A model generated the notes under the pieces. The model was not told where the DNA came from. It saw only the letters and a program-made list of their open reading frames with translations, and did not search any database. Shown here one piece after another: positions 53,901 to 64,000 of a DNA stretch of 64,000 nt; within the stretch, counting starts at the first letter, position 1, and every line of letters starts with the position of its first letter. This DNA comes from Phoronis australis (Eukaryota; Animalia; Phoronida), in contig NMRA01000004.1 of NCBI GenBank assembly GCA_002633005.1, forward strand, positions 1,431,077 to 1,495,076, given 5' to 3'. The position numbers and the translations under genes are program-made.

Positions 53901-56168
53901 TGCTTATTGGATTAAAAAAATTGCTGAAACTCTTTCCAGTGCCCTCGATTTCATGAATCCAGAATTTTTTAAGCCCATAGCTGCATTCTGTCATTCACTG
54001 CAAATGCAGCTACCCACGGCTCACTTCATACATTCTCCAGTCACGTGACGACCTCATGACTTCTTCAACCAAATTTGAACTCTGATCCCCTGAACAACAA
54101 AAGACCAGAACTGTGTCAAATCACCTCGTCATCGGCAAATGACTCCCAGGTGTCTTCCTCTGCCATGACATCATCAGTGGATGCCGTGTCGTCAGCTGCC
54201 ATGTTGCTCTTCATTTTTTTCAGAAGAGAGGCGACAAACTTGTCTCTTGGCTAAAACAAAAAAGTTTTATACTTGTGGCAAACCTCAGTTTTGCGTTCAC
54301 TGGATTTTATTGATTGATTGATAGATATAACAACTACAGTCCTCAAAATAATACAATACAACATACTAAGAAAGACATACAATCATTTAGATAGATATGA
54401 TTATGATAAAAGTAACGTAAGGAGGAAAATCGATGTACAGATGACAAAGTAAAAAAACGTATTTACATTGTGGTCTGGCAATACACTTTGTGCAATCACA
54501 GCAATGAAATGTTTGAAACAGTCAGAATCAAGAACGAGACATGTGAACACTGGTGACTGGCGCTGACAATCAGCCATCGGCAGCTTAAAACTTTGAGTGC
54601 TCAGCCATACCTGGGCTGAGTTCCGTAGACACAAGATGCTCGCAAGAAAAGCTAGGTGTAATGCCGGGTGAACTGTTAGGGTGCACGATGCTTATTAAGA
54701 GACCGTAACATGGGTTTAATTTTCAAAATTGTATCACAGACTGTACTACATTAATTTCAACAGCAGCTAATGAAACCCATTTGTGCCATCTTCAAAAATA
54801 CTAAAAGATGGATAGGGTTTCATAGATTGACAAACTAAATTTGAAAACAGTCGAATGCCACCAGGTACGCACTAAACAACTAGTGGTAAAGGATAAAGGG
54901 GGAATTATGTTTCAGGCACTGTGAGACAGTACTGTGGGAACAACATGGTGGCTTCTGGTCTCCAAAATAGTCCCTCACTAAGAGCACGGCTCACAAACCC
55001 ATTAAACGCAGTTCATGAACTCACAAACCTGTATTCAGACTCACAAGCATGGCTCACCAACCCTCAAGCAAAGTGCGCAGACTCACAAGACGTGGCTTAC
55101 ACACTGTTCACCAACTCACAAATACGGACATCAACTGCCGAACACAGTATATTGACACCACGTCCGCGTACCATGCTAAGCTGTCAGTAAGCAGTGTTTG
55201 TGAGACAGGGGCTGTGTGTTCGGGTGCATGAGCTGTGTTTAATGAGTGCGTGCACCATGCTTGGAGGTCCGTGAGTCGTGATTGTGAGCCGATGAACTAA
55301 GTTTAGCAAGCCCGCAACCCATGACAGGAACTAACGTAAAGCTTCAAGTAGCAGTCAAGTTATTTACTTTTTCAGACATGCTCCAGACCTGGCCTCTATT
55401 AGAGAGAGGTGTTTATTAGAGACCCATTTTTATGAATTTCGATCATATGGTAGGCCAACGCAATGGCAAACAAAAAATTGCCTTTGTCAATCATCTGCTC
55501 TTAAGTCATAGCGCGTAATCACACCACGTAATTTCACATACAACTTGCTTCTTGGTTATCTTTCTAGACAACATCTAGAAAGCATGGAGACCCAACCTCC
55601 ATTAGAAAACCATTCTTTTTTNNNNNNNNNNNNNNNNNNNNNNNNNNNNNNNNNNNNNNNNNNNNNNNNNNNNNNNNNNNNNNNNNNNNNNNNNNNNNNN
55701 NNNNNNNNNNNNNNNNNNNNNNGTGCCCTTACCTTGTTCGTTTCTTCATTGGCCACTTGTTTCTCTTTATCTTCAGCCTCTTGCCATTCCAACCAGATAT
55801 CGCGGTACGGTGGCGGTAATAGCTGATACACTCTCTAAACACAGAATACAGTAACAGTCATTTACAACGGTTCATTTTGAGAACCAGTTTTCGCAACTGA
55901 ATAACCGACTCAAACTGGTTCTCAAAATACAAGACCCTGTAAGTGACTATTGCCAGAACACAGTTTCTTCATGAACATCACCGAAGAGAAAGATCTGTGA
56001 CAAAATCAATCAAACCTCTAATAACTCCATTATGGTGAATTAAAGAGAAATTAATGTACAACCATCAGTCCCAATGCTCCACGTTATTCAGATTGGATGA
56101 TTTATGACTATATGCTGCCATAACAAACCTACAAATGACATGAACACACACACGCACGCACACACACT

Positions 56169-56199
<31 letters not shown>

Positions 56200-59100
56200 C
56201 CACACACAAGTCCAGTGCACTGACATGACTTTTTCTTTACGTCAAATTTCACAAATCTTCATATCTCACACTATACTTAAAGAGTTGTTAACTCCCATTC
56301 TTGACCTGTCCCTACCCAGTTTATACAGTGCCAGGGTACTGGCCAGGAGTCCCACTTTAGGTACACTCTCAAACAGTACATTGTAAAGTAACAAAACACC
56401 CATTCTTAGTGTCCCTACCTGGCCCCTACACAACTTGTACAGCACCAGAGTACTAGCCAGATGGTCAGTGCCAGGGTACTGGCCAGTAGTTCAACTTCAG
56501 GTACACTCTCAAACAGTACATTGCAAAGTAAGAAAAAAAAACATTCTTAGTGCCCTACCTGGCCCCTACACAACTCGTACAGCGCCAGAGTACTGGCAAG
56601 ATGTTCAGCTTCGCGTACGTTTTCACAAAGTATGTCGGGACACACCGACAGATCGCCCTTGGGATCCTTTTTTCGCTCGATCACAACTCTGAAGCAACAA
56701 AGCACAGTGCTAACCACACTAGAAATACCACTTGCATTATCTACTGCACAGCTGCAAAATTACTCAATTTGTACAGCAAAGATGGTCACTTACAAGGTAC
56801 CCAGATTTTGAGATCCAGTTCGATGCCAACTATTCAGTGGAAGAAACTGGTTTGGTTTTCAAAATCAGTGACAATTGTCACTGACTAGTGCCACAAAGGA
56901 AATAGTTTAAAGAGTAATTCACAAAAATAGCAACTGTAATAATATTAGAAAATTCTAGTTGAAGGTAAGAAATACGAAAAATCTACCAAAAACATGGGTC
57001 TATAAAAGCCACATATAGTTCAATTACAGCCCACAAAAATTTTGTGGAGTGGGCCACAATGAGGAGGGGTCCAGACACCAGGAGCACAACAAGGGACCCA
57101 CTGGGGTGGATCATGACTTGACAAACTGGAGCTACCCCTCAGCCGTCCTCCAGACATCAGGAAAATGGGATGCGCCACATGTAAGTCAAAAATCAGCTGT
57201 CTGAATTGAGGAGCCACCTCTCCACCCAAATGTCTTGGCGTCGACAAAACATTCAGAGACTGCACTACAGTACAAGTCAAACGTAATCAGACAGCCATCA
57301 CTATGATTCAACCTAGCTGTTCTGACGAATTAAGCTTGAAGTCATAAGTTACGATGGAAAATGTTGGGTGCGCTCAACCGTCATGATAAGTAATTCCAGC
57401 TCCTTTTGACCGATTCTTTCTTGGCGTGTGCCCTACATTCTGAACTAAATAGGCAAAGCGGGATACATAGCAAAATCATGTGATACTCAATTGAACATAC
57501 TTGCACTTAAACAGATTCCCCTTGGCCTGTTTCTTGTGATAAGACGGTGCCTTGCTGTTCTTTGGCAGATTCTTGCGGCACCAGTCATTTAGGAACTGTT
57601 TGGGTGACTTTCCCGTCCATTGTTTCTGGGTGTATTCGAATCTTCTGACTTTTTCCTTGGGCTGAGTACTAGTGGTGTCATTAGCAACAGGGGTTTCTGC
57701 ATAAAAGTTTTGATGGACATGATCGTTCATCTGGGGGAATAACTAGGCGCAAAAGAAATAACTCACATCTTCTGGAACTTACTGTAAAATGGTTTTCCCA
57801 ACGTTGAGGAGTCGCCTGACTCCCTTTACTCAGAATTGATGACCAACTGGTTCCCGCGAACATTTTGTCGCCCTCCTTCATTGTTCAAAGACAACTGCAA
57901 GCCTCTGAACTATGTGTCAGATAACGCCGACAAAATAATTTCACGGTAAGTTCCAGAAGTTGCAATATACATATTTTTTTCATCGACGCTTTGACTTCAT
58001 TTTAATCTAATTTAACATATTTTCATGGCCAAAGCCAAGTGCATAAAAGTGCATGAATACTAGCATCAGAAATGGAAAATTTTCCATATTCAGAGTGGCC
58101 ACTCTATCATGATCCAGTGACAGCAGTTAAGATGATTTGTGCAGTCGTATGCTATGCATCTACAGTACAAGACAAAAGTAGTCAGACAAAATGACCCAGA
58201 ATTCCCTGTCATGATGGTTGGGTGGAAGACGAAATTATTGTCTAAGTGGTTATTCTTCATGACTACGAATGAAGAGGAATTTATGGGAAAGCGAGTAAGA
58301 TGGCTTATCCGTTCTCTAATTAGAATTTTGCCGCCTAATAGCTATTATCGGTAATTTTTCCTGATAACACAATTAGCCAGGGAAAACGGTATTTTTAGCG
58401 GGAAAATGGTATTTTGTCTATTAAAATTACTTTTGTCTTGTATGTGTACATACCTTGTTCAGCACTTTCATCAAACATTGAGAATCCCAAGTCACCCTCT
58501 TCTTCCTCTGGACTGTCTACGCTAATGACTGGCTCACCAGAGGGAGCTGGACTCGCTGCAGTTACGCTACTTACAGAGTCATCAAAACTGATCTTAACTT
58601 GTGGATTGAAGCGAGGGTGAAGTTCAAGTTGACCAATTGCTGTAGAGGAATTCAGCACGTGTATTTGAAAAGTCACAGCACAGAGACATATAACTGACCA
58701 AAAACATGAAAACTATTTTACAGCTCGAAGTGAAGGGAGAATTGTGTAAAACAAATTACAATTTCACATTATATATTAATTTTACAAATTGACCTTTTTC
58801 AACGAAAAAGTCACCCAATAAATAAATGGTGATTTTGCCCGAATAAATCGTTAATAGCGCTAAACGCGACTTTTTTAGTCCGTGAGTTGTAGTAATTTCC
58901 AAATCTCTGTTCAAATAAGTATTTGCAGTCAGTTGAAAAAGTATTTGTGCGACAATCTGAGAGCTGTTTATCGCACCTAACACAGCTTTTGCAACAGCCA
59001 ATCATCAATATTAAATAATATTTTATATTTAATTTACAAAAACTCACTGACAAATATGTTCTTGGTTAAAATGGGCAAAAAATTCAGAACAAATTTTGGC

Positions 59101-62100
59101 CAATTCTCCGACTTATAATTAAATTTTCTGCTGATTTGAGATGGAGTTTTGGACACAACTTAGAAGAAAATCAACAAATTTCACAATATTCCATGAAAGA
59201 TTTCTGTTTTCAAACCACAGCGACACTTGCCTACTGTTAACTCCCTAATCGTCTTGGACGCAGCCCTTTGAGCCTCTTTATCACCCCCCTGCTTGGCCAG
59301 TGATGCGACAGTCTTGGTATCGAGCAATTTTGCAGCTAACTCGAGATACTTTTCATCCTGTATATGATAAAAACACATCAACAGAGATTTACAAGATTGT
59401 AACAAGTTGGTTCAGTGTGTTGCAATGGGTGTTCCTTCATACTGTAAGTTGAAAAAAATTGTGTACTAGCTTTTCCCGGAAAGTGAGAGAAAATTCACAG
59501 CAAGAAATTTTTACTTACTTCTTACAGGTCTTGGAATTTTCTTCTTTTAAGAGAATATCCTCTTTTTTGGTTTCGATTTCCTCTTATATGATTTCCAGTT
59601 TCCTCTTTTTTCATCTCATTTTTCATTATTTTGACTTTATTCATGAAAAAAACATATTTCTATAACACAATCCTATTTATTTGTGGAACGATACATCAAA
59701 TGGAAAATTTTAAACTTTTTTGTTATTGGTTATTCCAAGCCCTGTTCTTAATGATTTCACACTTCCTATGGTTTCTTTAACTATTTGCGAAACTTGATAC
59801 AAAATAATTTACACCAGATTTCACTATAAGCTTGAAATCATATATTTGTTCAAGGTAAACCAAATGCCACAACCAAAACTTTGCAATCAAAATGAATGTT
59901 TGCGTGAATATCACCAGCTGTTACCGGATCAAACTCCTCCTCTGCTTGCATGCCTCCACCCCCCTCATCTTCGTCACTGCTGGACTCCTGCTCAGTGTAC
60001 TGCAAAATCCAGTCTTTCACACCAGCAGCCTTGCTCCTTTCATCTTTCGATGTACTGGTCTGTAAAGCAATGATACACTGATTGGTAAATAGGTCAGTTA
60101 AAGTGTCCATACGGTACAACAAGAACTGTGTTCCTGGACCAATAATGTTGCAAGATCTTGGAAAACTTCGAAAAATCATGGTAATGAAAAGCAAGTAGTG
60201 TTTCGCAATTATGCTCAGGAGCTTATTGGCATGTCCTACCAAAATGGCAGTCACTCAAGTGATTGGTAGGTGAGATTGGAGAGTTGCATTATGGGATAAA
60301 ATTCAGTGTTTCTGTTCCATAAAGGAAGATTCCTCCCTGCAAGTTTGAAGCAAGTGCAAGCTAATGTCTTGCAGTCTACAGGATTCAACCCAGGTCATGA
60401 GTAGAGTAAGCAACATACATGGAGAGGACAATTTCACATTTCTGAAGATTTAACTAAAGCCGATTTAACTGAAAGGACAAGTGAACACCACATCATCCAC
60501 TTGTGATTTTAAACAGTTCTTCATTTTAGTTCCTTTCCCTCGACATTCAAAATGGAACTCTGTCTATGTTTTAGGTTATAATCTAGGGAGTCGGGGATTA
60601 TCAATTGATTCCTGCAAACTTGGCCATACATAAAAATGTTTAAAAAGGAACTTGCACGCTAACTCCTTATCTCTGTGATTGCTTGGTCAAATTAGTTAGA
60701 AACACAACATATAGTGACGATGTGAATAATTATGGAGTATGAAAACTGCCAAATGTTTTATGAACGAGTCTTGTGTCAAAAATGATCCGCAGTAAATCAC
60801 TCAGGAAGTATCGTGAAATGGTGCTGGGGGAATGACACTGCACAAAGTGGGTTATGTGAGCCCCCAAGGTAGTCATTAGTGCAAAGTTCTTCTATTTTGC
60901 ACAATTTTTTGTTTTCCCATTTACATGTTGTCAATAAATACAACCGCACTTTGTTTAGTGTAGATGATGCTCAAATAGTATTGCTGTTTAGTTCCAGCTA
61001 TACATTAACATAGTTAGGCGCATGCAAACACATCTTTAAGAAATGTAACAAGACAATGTAAGATTGAAATTTGACTACAAGACACACTCTTTAATATGGC
61101 ATGCATGATCTTCAGTTTTCAGTTTTTATTAACGTTACATAGGGCCCTGTAAAATGACCAAACTAGGCCGACTTTGGAACATCACATCTCGAACATGGCT
61201 GATTGGATTGATATGAAACTTTCAGATACTATGTTTTATCCAATGTTCTCAAAAATGCTGCTGAGACTTGTTTTTAAAATGTCCCACATTTGCATGAGGA
61301 GCAATCTGCATGATTTTCATGAAAAGTCTTTAAAGGTGCATGAAAAAACAAAATGATATTTTAGAAAACTGTAACTGTTACAGCGTTTCTGATATCTCAA
61401 CTTGAACATTAATAAAATTTGATTATGCTATTGATATCATTGCTTCGACATCCATGCGGCTTTCATTTATATTTTACTAAATACACAAGGTCACATGACC
61501 CAATTAATAGCATACTAGCAAAAAGTCAAATATCAAGTCTTACACACCATGTACTTTCAGAAAATATATACTTTTTCTAAGTTAAAATCTATAGTGTTCT
61601 ACATATTTTGCTAAATGCACATACCTTTTCACTAAGGTACAACATAACCTAAACTTATGACAATGTCAAGCAAAAAGTGAAATGCTCAAGGGTGTGGCGT
61701 AAGAGTTTCATATACACAGCTTACCTGAGCAGGTATCTGTGCCATGGGAACAGGGGGCTGAATGTGCGAGGTTGGAGGGACATCTTTGGGCAGGTCTGTG
61801 AACTTGGGTCGTAGTTTCTCACCTTCCTTGTGTATAGCCTGGGAGAATCCATTGGGTAACTGTTCTGCAATGCAATGCCAGGCTGCGTATAGTGCTGACA
61901 TGATCCAGGACAAATGAGATTACAAACATCCATCTCAACTACAGATGACAACTATTCCAAATCGGACTAAGGATTTTGAACTACAGACTACCGTATACGA
62001 TTACCATTGGGAGTGAACAGACATAGCCAGTCTAGAGCATCCATGAGATCACCACCAGATGTCACCGTGTTTGTCATTGCATCTACTATCTGGGTGTGAG

Positions 62101-62988
62101 TGAATCCGACTTCCAGCAGGGATGTATACATATCCTACAAAAAAGTACCAACGATTACCTATATGCCTTGTTTGAGTAATTCTTCATTCATTTTTCAGAT
62201 GACAATTGCCAAAATTGTCTCTGTCCATTTTTCAAAGACTGTCTTGCCAATTTTTTTGCTGAATATTTGGAGCTATAACCTGCAACACAGCCTAACGTTT
62301 TTTCCAAGTGGAATCGATTTTCTTTCAATAGTCTAATTGGATCTATAGAGTGGTTTTTTCAAATCTTGCCAAATCCCAAAAGGGTCATCCCGGATTTCAC
62401 GGCGGCAGAACTTTCCTTTTTATGGAGTTAAGAAAGCGTGTGACCTCGTTTTGGAAATCAAGCACATTTTCGTGCATCTCATTGATGTCGGGAAGGCGAA
62501 GAATTTCACATCCCGCATCTACGGGTATTTGTCCAGTTTATCAAACTCTCATATTTGAGCTATAGCCCACAGCACAACAGTAATACTTTGTTGGCATTGG
62601 AAGGACGAATAGAGCAATGCAACCGAAAAGAATCAGACAACAACAAATAAAACAATAATCATGGCAGAAAAACGAGGTAACAAATATGTCTGATGGATGT
62701 TTATGGAATTGTGGGTAAATTCAGCGAGATTCGAGTGTCACTACGTAATCCGGGATGGCCCTATTCGAATCACTACTTTAATTTTGACACGTATTGACCA
62801 TTGACTTACGGTTAGTTTCTTGGCTGTCATTCTTCCAGACACGGTTCCCGTGGCAACCCTCTTGTGTTCATGAATGATTCCTAGTAACTCTTTCTCCAAC
62901 TGCTCAGACAGTTGGACTTTGATATCACCAGGCATATCCTCACATGTTTCAGAATTTTCCTTGTTTACACTGGAGTAGGTTTTCTTTT
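32455..62988 (-). CDS. DHX29: ATP-dependent RNA helicase DHX29 (DEAH-box), multi-exon gene, 5'-incomplete
   Basis: 24 exons join in frame (~4052 nt). The N-terminal SGRMTAKKL / [13 protein letters not shown] / [17 protein letters not shown] / [13 protein letters not shown] segments are characteristic of DHX29. Helicase motifs present: [40 protein letters not shown], followed by HA2 and OB-fold regions. Confidence 0.96.
32630..33030. repeat. (GACA)n compound microsatellite
   Basis: Long pure runs at ~32645-32697 and ~32891-32987. Confidence 0.97.
33930..34400 (-). mobile_element. Penelope-like retroelement GIY-YIG endonuclease fragment
   Basis: Frameshifted [28 protein letters not shown] and [25 protein letters not shown]. 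Confidence 0.85.
34600..36040 (+). repeat. Diverged tandem array (~445-bp period, ~150-bp subunits), Helentron/HINE-like
   Basis: Recurring CATCT..CAAA...AAAGGGTTAAGGAGAT..CAGATGCAAAA units near 34625, 35065, 35510 and 35960; ends in a CAGAC-rich tail. Confidence 0.7.
36080..36320 (+). mobile_element. Penelope-like fragment, inverted relative to 33930-34400
   Basis: [38 protein letters not shown]. Confidence 0.85.
36738..37300 (+). mobile_element. ~550-bp non-autonomous DNA-transposon-like repeat
   Basis: Similar copies at ~61140-61670 (+) and ~43240-43620 (-), sharing GAAACTTTCAGATA, CATGACCCAATT and TTTCAAGAAAAT blocks. Confidence 0.6.
37342..37438 (-). CDS. DHX29: DHX29 penultimate exon ([13 protein letters not shown]...[10 protein letters not shown])
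   Basis: 97 nt, phase 1 out; FK.LR..KLENP conserved. Confidence 0.92.
37984..38115 (-). CDS. DHX29: DHX29 exon ([12 protein letters not shown]...LLLFGG...DGWIQFR)
   Basis: 132 nt; donor AGG|gtgagt. Confidence 0.94.
38684..39253. mobile_element. PIF/Harbinger (Tourist-like) MITE nested in another MITE
   Basis: ~40-bp TIR GGGCTGTTCCAG.AAAATCTGT.TGGGAGGGGGG with a TAA duplication on both sides. The host element (38620-39419) matches 59525-59743 in reverse. Confidence 0.85.
39672..40052 (-). CDS. DHX29: DHX29 exon ([10 protein letters not shown]...AGLYPNVA...HPSSVN...YLEK)
   Basis: 381 nt; OB-fold region. Confidence 0.94.
40740..40830 (-). CDS. DHX29: DHX29 exon (WRAAK...[16 protein letters not shown])
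   Basis: 91 nt; phase 2 in, phase 0 out. Confidence 0.92.
41842..41978 (-). CDS. DHX29: DHX29 exon (AVIAA...KSPF...[12 protein letters not shown])
   Basis: 137 nt; conserved SDHL. Confidence 0.94.
43844..44068 (-). CDS. DHX29: DHX29 exon (KCDLGDP...[13 protein letters not shown]...CLEPV), HA2
   Basis: 225 nt, phase 0/0. Confidence 0.95.
46131..46335 (-). CDS. DHX29: DHX29 exon (YMESSQ...QRQGRAGR...LCLHIM)
   Basis: 205 nt; motif VI; weak donor ATG|gttctg. Confidence 0.93.
46840..47013 (-). CDS. DHX29: DHX29 exon (YCVIALHS...[12 protein letters not shown]...KEN)
   Basis: 174 nt, phase 2/2; motif V. Confidence 0.95.
48224..48453 (-). CDS. DHX29: DHX29 exon (SNLSP...GAVLVFLPG...)
   Basis: 230 nt; motif IV. 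Confidence 0.94.
49242..49427 (-). CDS. DHX29: DHX29 exon ([13 protein letters not shown]...SVDT)
   Basis: 186 nt, phase 0/0. Confidence 0.92.
50071..50247 (-). CDS. DHX29: DHX29 exon (VHERS...MSAT...GRTFPVQ)
   Basis: 177 nt; completes DEVH and contains motif III. Confidence 0.95.
50928..51529. mobile_element. Foldback element with ~205-bp near-perfect inverted arms
   Basis: 50928-~51134 is the reverse complement of ~51316-51529 with few mismatches. It sits inside a TTAAAG...CTTTAA-ended element (~50544-51550). Confidence 0.92.
51777..52046 (-). CDS. DHX29: DHX29 exon (motifs Ia/Ib to DE)
   Basis: 270 nt; [33 protein letters not shown]. Confidence 0.95.
52485..52572. repeat. Hairpin repeat family (second copy ~55856-55948)
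   Basis: GATATAACATGCC..CATTTTGAGAACCAGTT / AACTGGTTCCCAAAATG..GGCATGTTATATC. Confidence 0.7.
53256..53498 (-). CDS. DHX29: DHX29 exon with motif I ([10 protein letters not shown])
   Basis: 243 nt, phase 0/0; LPVF...[22 protein letters not shown]. Confidence 0.95.
54125..54250 (-). CDS. DHX29: DHX29 exon ([10 protein letters not shown]...WESFADDE)
   Basis: 126 nt, phase 0/0; continues the ETNK-PRD motif. Confidence 0.9.
55622..55722. other. Assembly gap (~100 N) inside a DHX29 intron
   Basis: Run of N. The flanking exons remain in phase and continue ETNK-PRD, so no coding exon appears to be lost. Confidence 0.98.
55733..55834 (-). CDS. DHX29: DHX29 exon ([17 protein letters not shown]...ETNK)
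   Basis: 102 nt; conserved; donor AAG|gtaagg. Confidence 0.93.
56143..56208. repeat. (CA)n microsatellite
   Basis: Imperfect CA run. Confidence 0.95.
56559..56688 (-). CDS. DHX29: DHX29 exon (VVIER...VCPDIL...[15 protein letters not shown])
   Basis: dsRBD-like segment; phase 2 in, phase 0 out. Confidence 0.92.
57501..57696 (-). CDS. DHX29: DHX29 exon (ETPVA...[19 protein letters not shown]...FKC)
   Basis: Acceptor ttttatgcag gives the correct phase; highly conserved DHX29 motif. Confidence 0.92.
58454..58639 (-). CDS. DHX29: DHX29 exon ([13 protein letters not shown]...SAEQ)
   Basis: ctctacag / AAG|gtatgt boundaries; HP.FNP..KIS conserved. Confidence 0.88.
59231..59357 (-). CDS. DHX29: DHX29 exon ([11 protein letters not shown]...RELTV), followed by a GC donor
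   Basis: 127 nt. The next exon needs phase 1, which the donor AG|GCAAGT provides. Confidence 0.85.
59525..59743. mobile_element. MITE with CAGG.CTTGGAAT TIR
   Basis: CAGGTCTTGGAAT ... ATTCCAAGCCCTG, flanked by TTCTTA on both sides. Related copies at ~38620-39419 and ~42340-42484. Confidence 0.75.
59925..60059 (-). CDS. DHX29: DHX29 exon (TSTSK...[10 protein letters not shown]...FDP)
   Basis: 135 nt, phase 0/0; WIL.Y.EQ and FDP conserved. Confidence 0.9.
61725..61864 (-). CDS. DHX29: DHX29 exon (EQLPNGFSQ...IPAQ)
   Basis: Phase-consistent; LPxGFSQ..RPKF conserved; donor CAG|gtaagc. Confidence 0.9.
62005..62134 (-). CDS. DHX29: DHX29 exon (DMYTSL...[15 protein letters not shown]-like)
   Basis: ttgtag / G|gtaatc boundaries; conserved GGDL..ALDWLCL. 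Confidence 0.92.
62810..62988 (-). CDS. DHX29: DHX29 exon (KKTYSS...[10 protein letters not shown])
   Basis: AG/GT boundaries; phase 1 in, phase 0 out; resembles the DHX29 N-terminus. Confidence 0.85.
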
Positions 62989-63775
62989 CTAAAAGACAAG
63001 AAGACTATGATTAATGATTTTCTCTAAAGTAAGCATTAGCTATAATTTTTAATGGGATTTTATTAACATAAGCATATAGTTTAGAAAGTCAATTTCGACA
63101 AAAAATAAAGCGGGCAAATTAAATCTTGGTCAAGAAGTGTACAAATTATTTTCCTGACCTCAATCACGTCTATGAGTTGAAGTTTGCCATAGAGACACAT
63201 GAACGGATTATTGGAAGATTTCCACGGCATTTTCAGGCCATGTACGAACAATAAGATAGCACTAAGTTATGCACTGTTGGAATCATGGATGCCTTGAAAT
63301 ATTGGGAACCTCATTTTGGATACCCTATTTTCGAAATCCTGGATGAAGCCCTGGCACTAACTAATAGAAGACTTCTTGTACACCCAACATTTAGCACCAA
63401 GATTACTGTAATAGCAACGATTATCCCTGTCTTAACAGCAATGATTATCCCTGTCTTAACAGCTGTAGAATACTTTTACCTCTTACTACAGGACAGTAGT
63501 TAAAACCATGCGATGTCTTATACAACTTTTGATATTTCAAACCTAGTCTCAGCGTCTTCCTTCTTTAGATTATCAGTAACGTAAGGACTATTTTAATTAA
63601 AATGAGCAAATCAAACTTTTTTCTCAGTCATAAATGTAACGTGTGATATATTCAAAACTTCTAACTTATACTGATGAGACCAAATGTAAATTTTAGAGAA
63701 CTTAAAAAAAGTCAATATATCATGTCTGCAACATAAAACTCCGCAAAGGCCTTCTTCTTCCTTGAATCAAAAAGC

Positions 63776-64000
63776 TAACTAGTATCTAGACAAGGTATGA
63801 ACACTGTCAAAGGATAACTAGTATCTAGAAAAGGTATGAACACTGTCAAAGGATAATTAATATCTAGACGGTATGAACACTGTCAAAGGATAACTAGTAT
63901 CTAGAAAAGGTATGAACACTGTCAAAGGATAATTAATATCTAGACGGTATGAACACTGTCAAAGGATAACTAGTATCTAGAAAAGGTATGAACACTGTCA
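63776..64000. repeat. 39/37-bp minisatellite running off the window end
   Basis: TAACTAGTATCTAGAAAAGGTATGAACACTGTCAAAGGA alternates with a 37-bp variant. Confidence 0.95.

Noticed and set aside
54025-54089. Exon-like segment with a good acceptor and a GTGAG donor
   Set aside because: It would need a 35-nt intron and contains an in-frame stop, and the flanking exons already join properly.
57697-57730. Alternative acceptor cccccag|ATG at 57730 for the WTGKSPKQ exon
   Set aside because: With the phase-1 upstream exon it reads into TAA; the acceptor at 57696 keeps the frame.
63543-63587. Possible upstream DHX29 mini-exon
   Set aside because: The frame needed to join exon 62988 contains TAA, and the donor is weak.

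Overview
AT-rich, intron-containing animal genomic DNA. The genes and repeat landscape suggest a marine invertebrate deuterostome, which is an inference. Two protein-coding genes lie on the minus strand. The first is a complete two-exon sclerostin/SOSTDC1-family cystine-knot gene (20786-20609 + 15064-14661, 193 aa). The second is most of DHX29: 24 phase-consistent coding exons from 62988 down to the stop at 32455, about 1350 codons, with the 5' exon(s) not identified and probably beyond the window. The rest is MITEs and non-autonomous DNA transposons, decayed LINE and Penelope fragments, micro/minisatellites and one ~100-N scaffold gap. I found no clearly new multi-gene system. The most notable details are: a sclerostin homologue lacking the LRP5/6-binding NxI motif; three TGGCGCCA palindromes upstream of it; a GC-AG intron in DHX29; two tandem duplications that copy DHX29 splice sites, one of which would give an in-frame 46-aa insertion; an inverted Penelope pair; and a long foldback in DHX29 introns.
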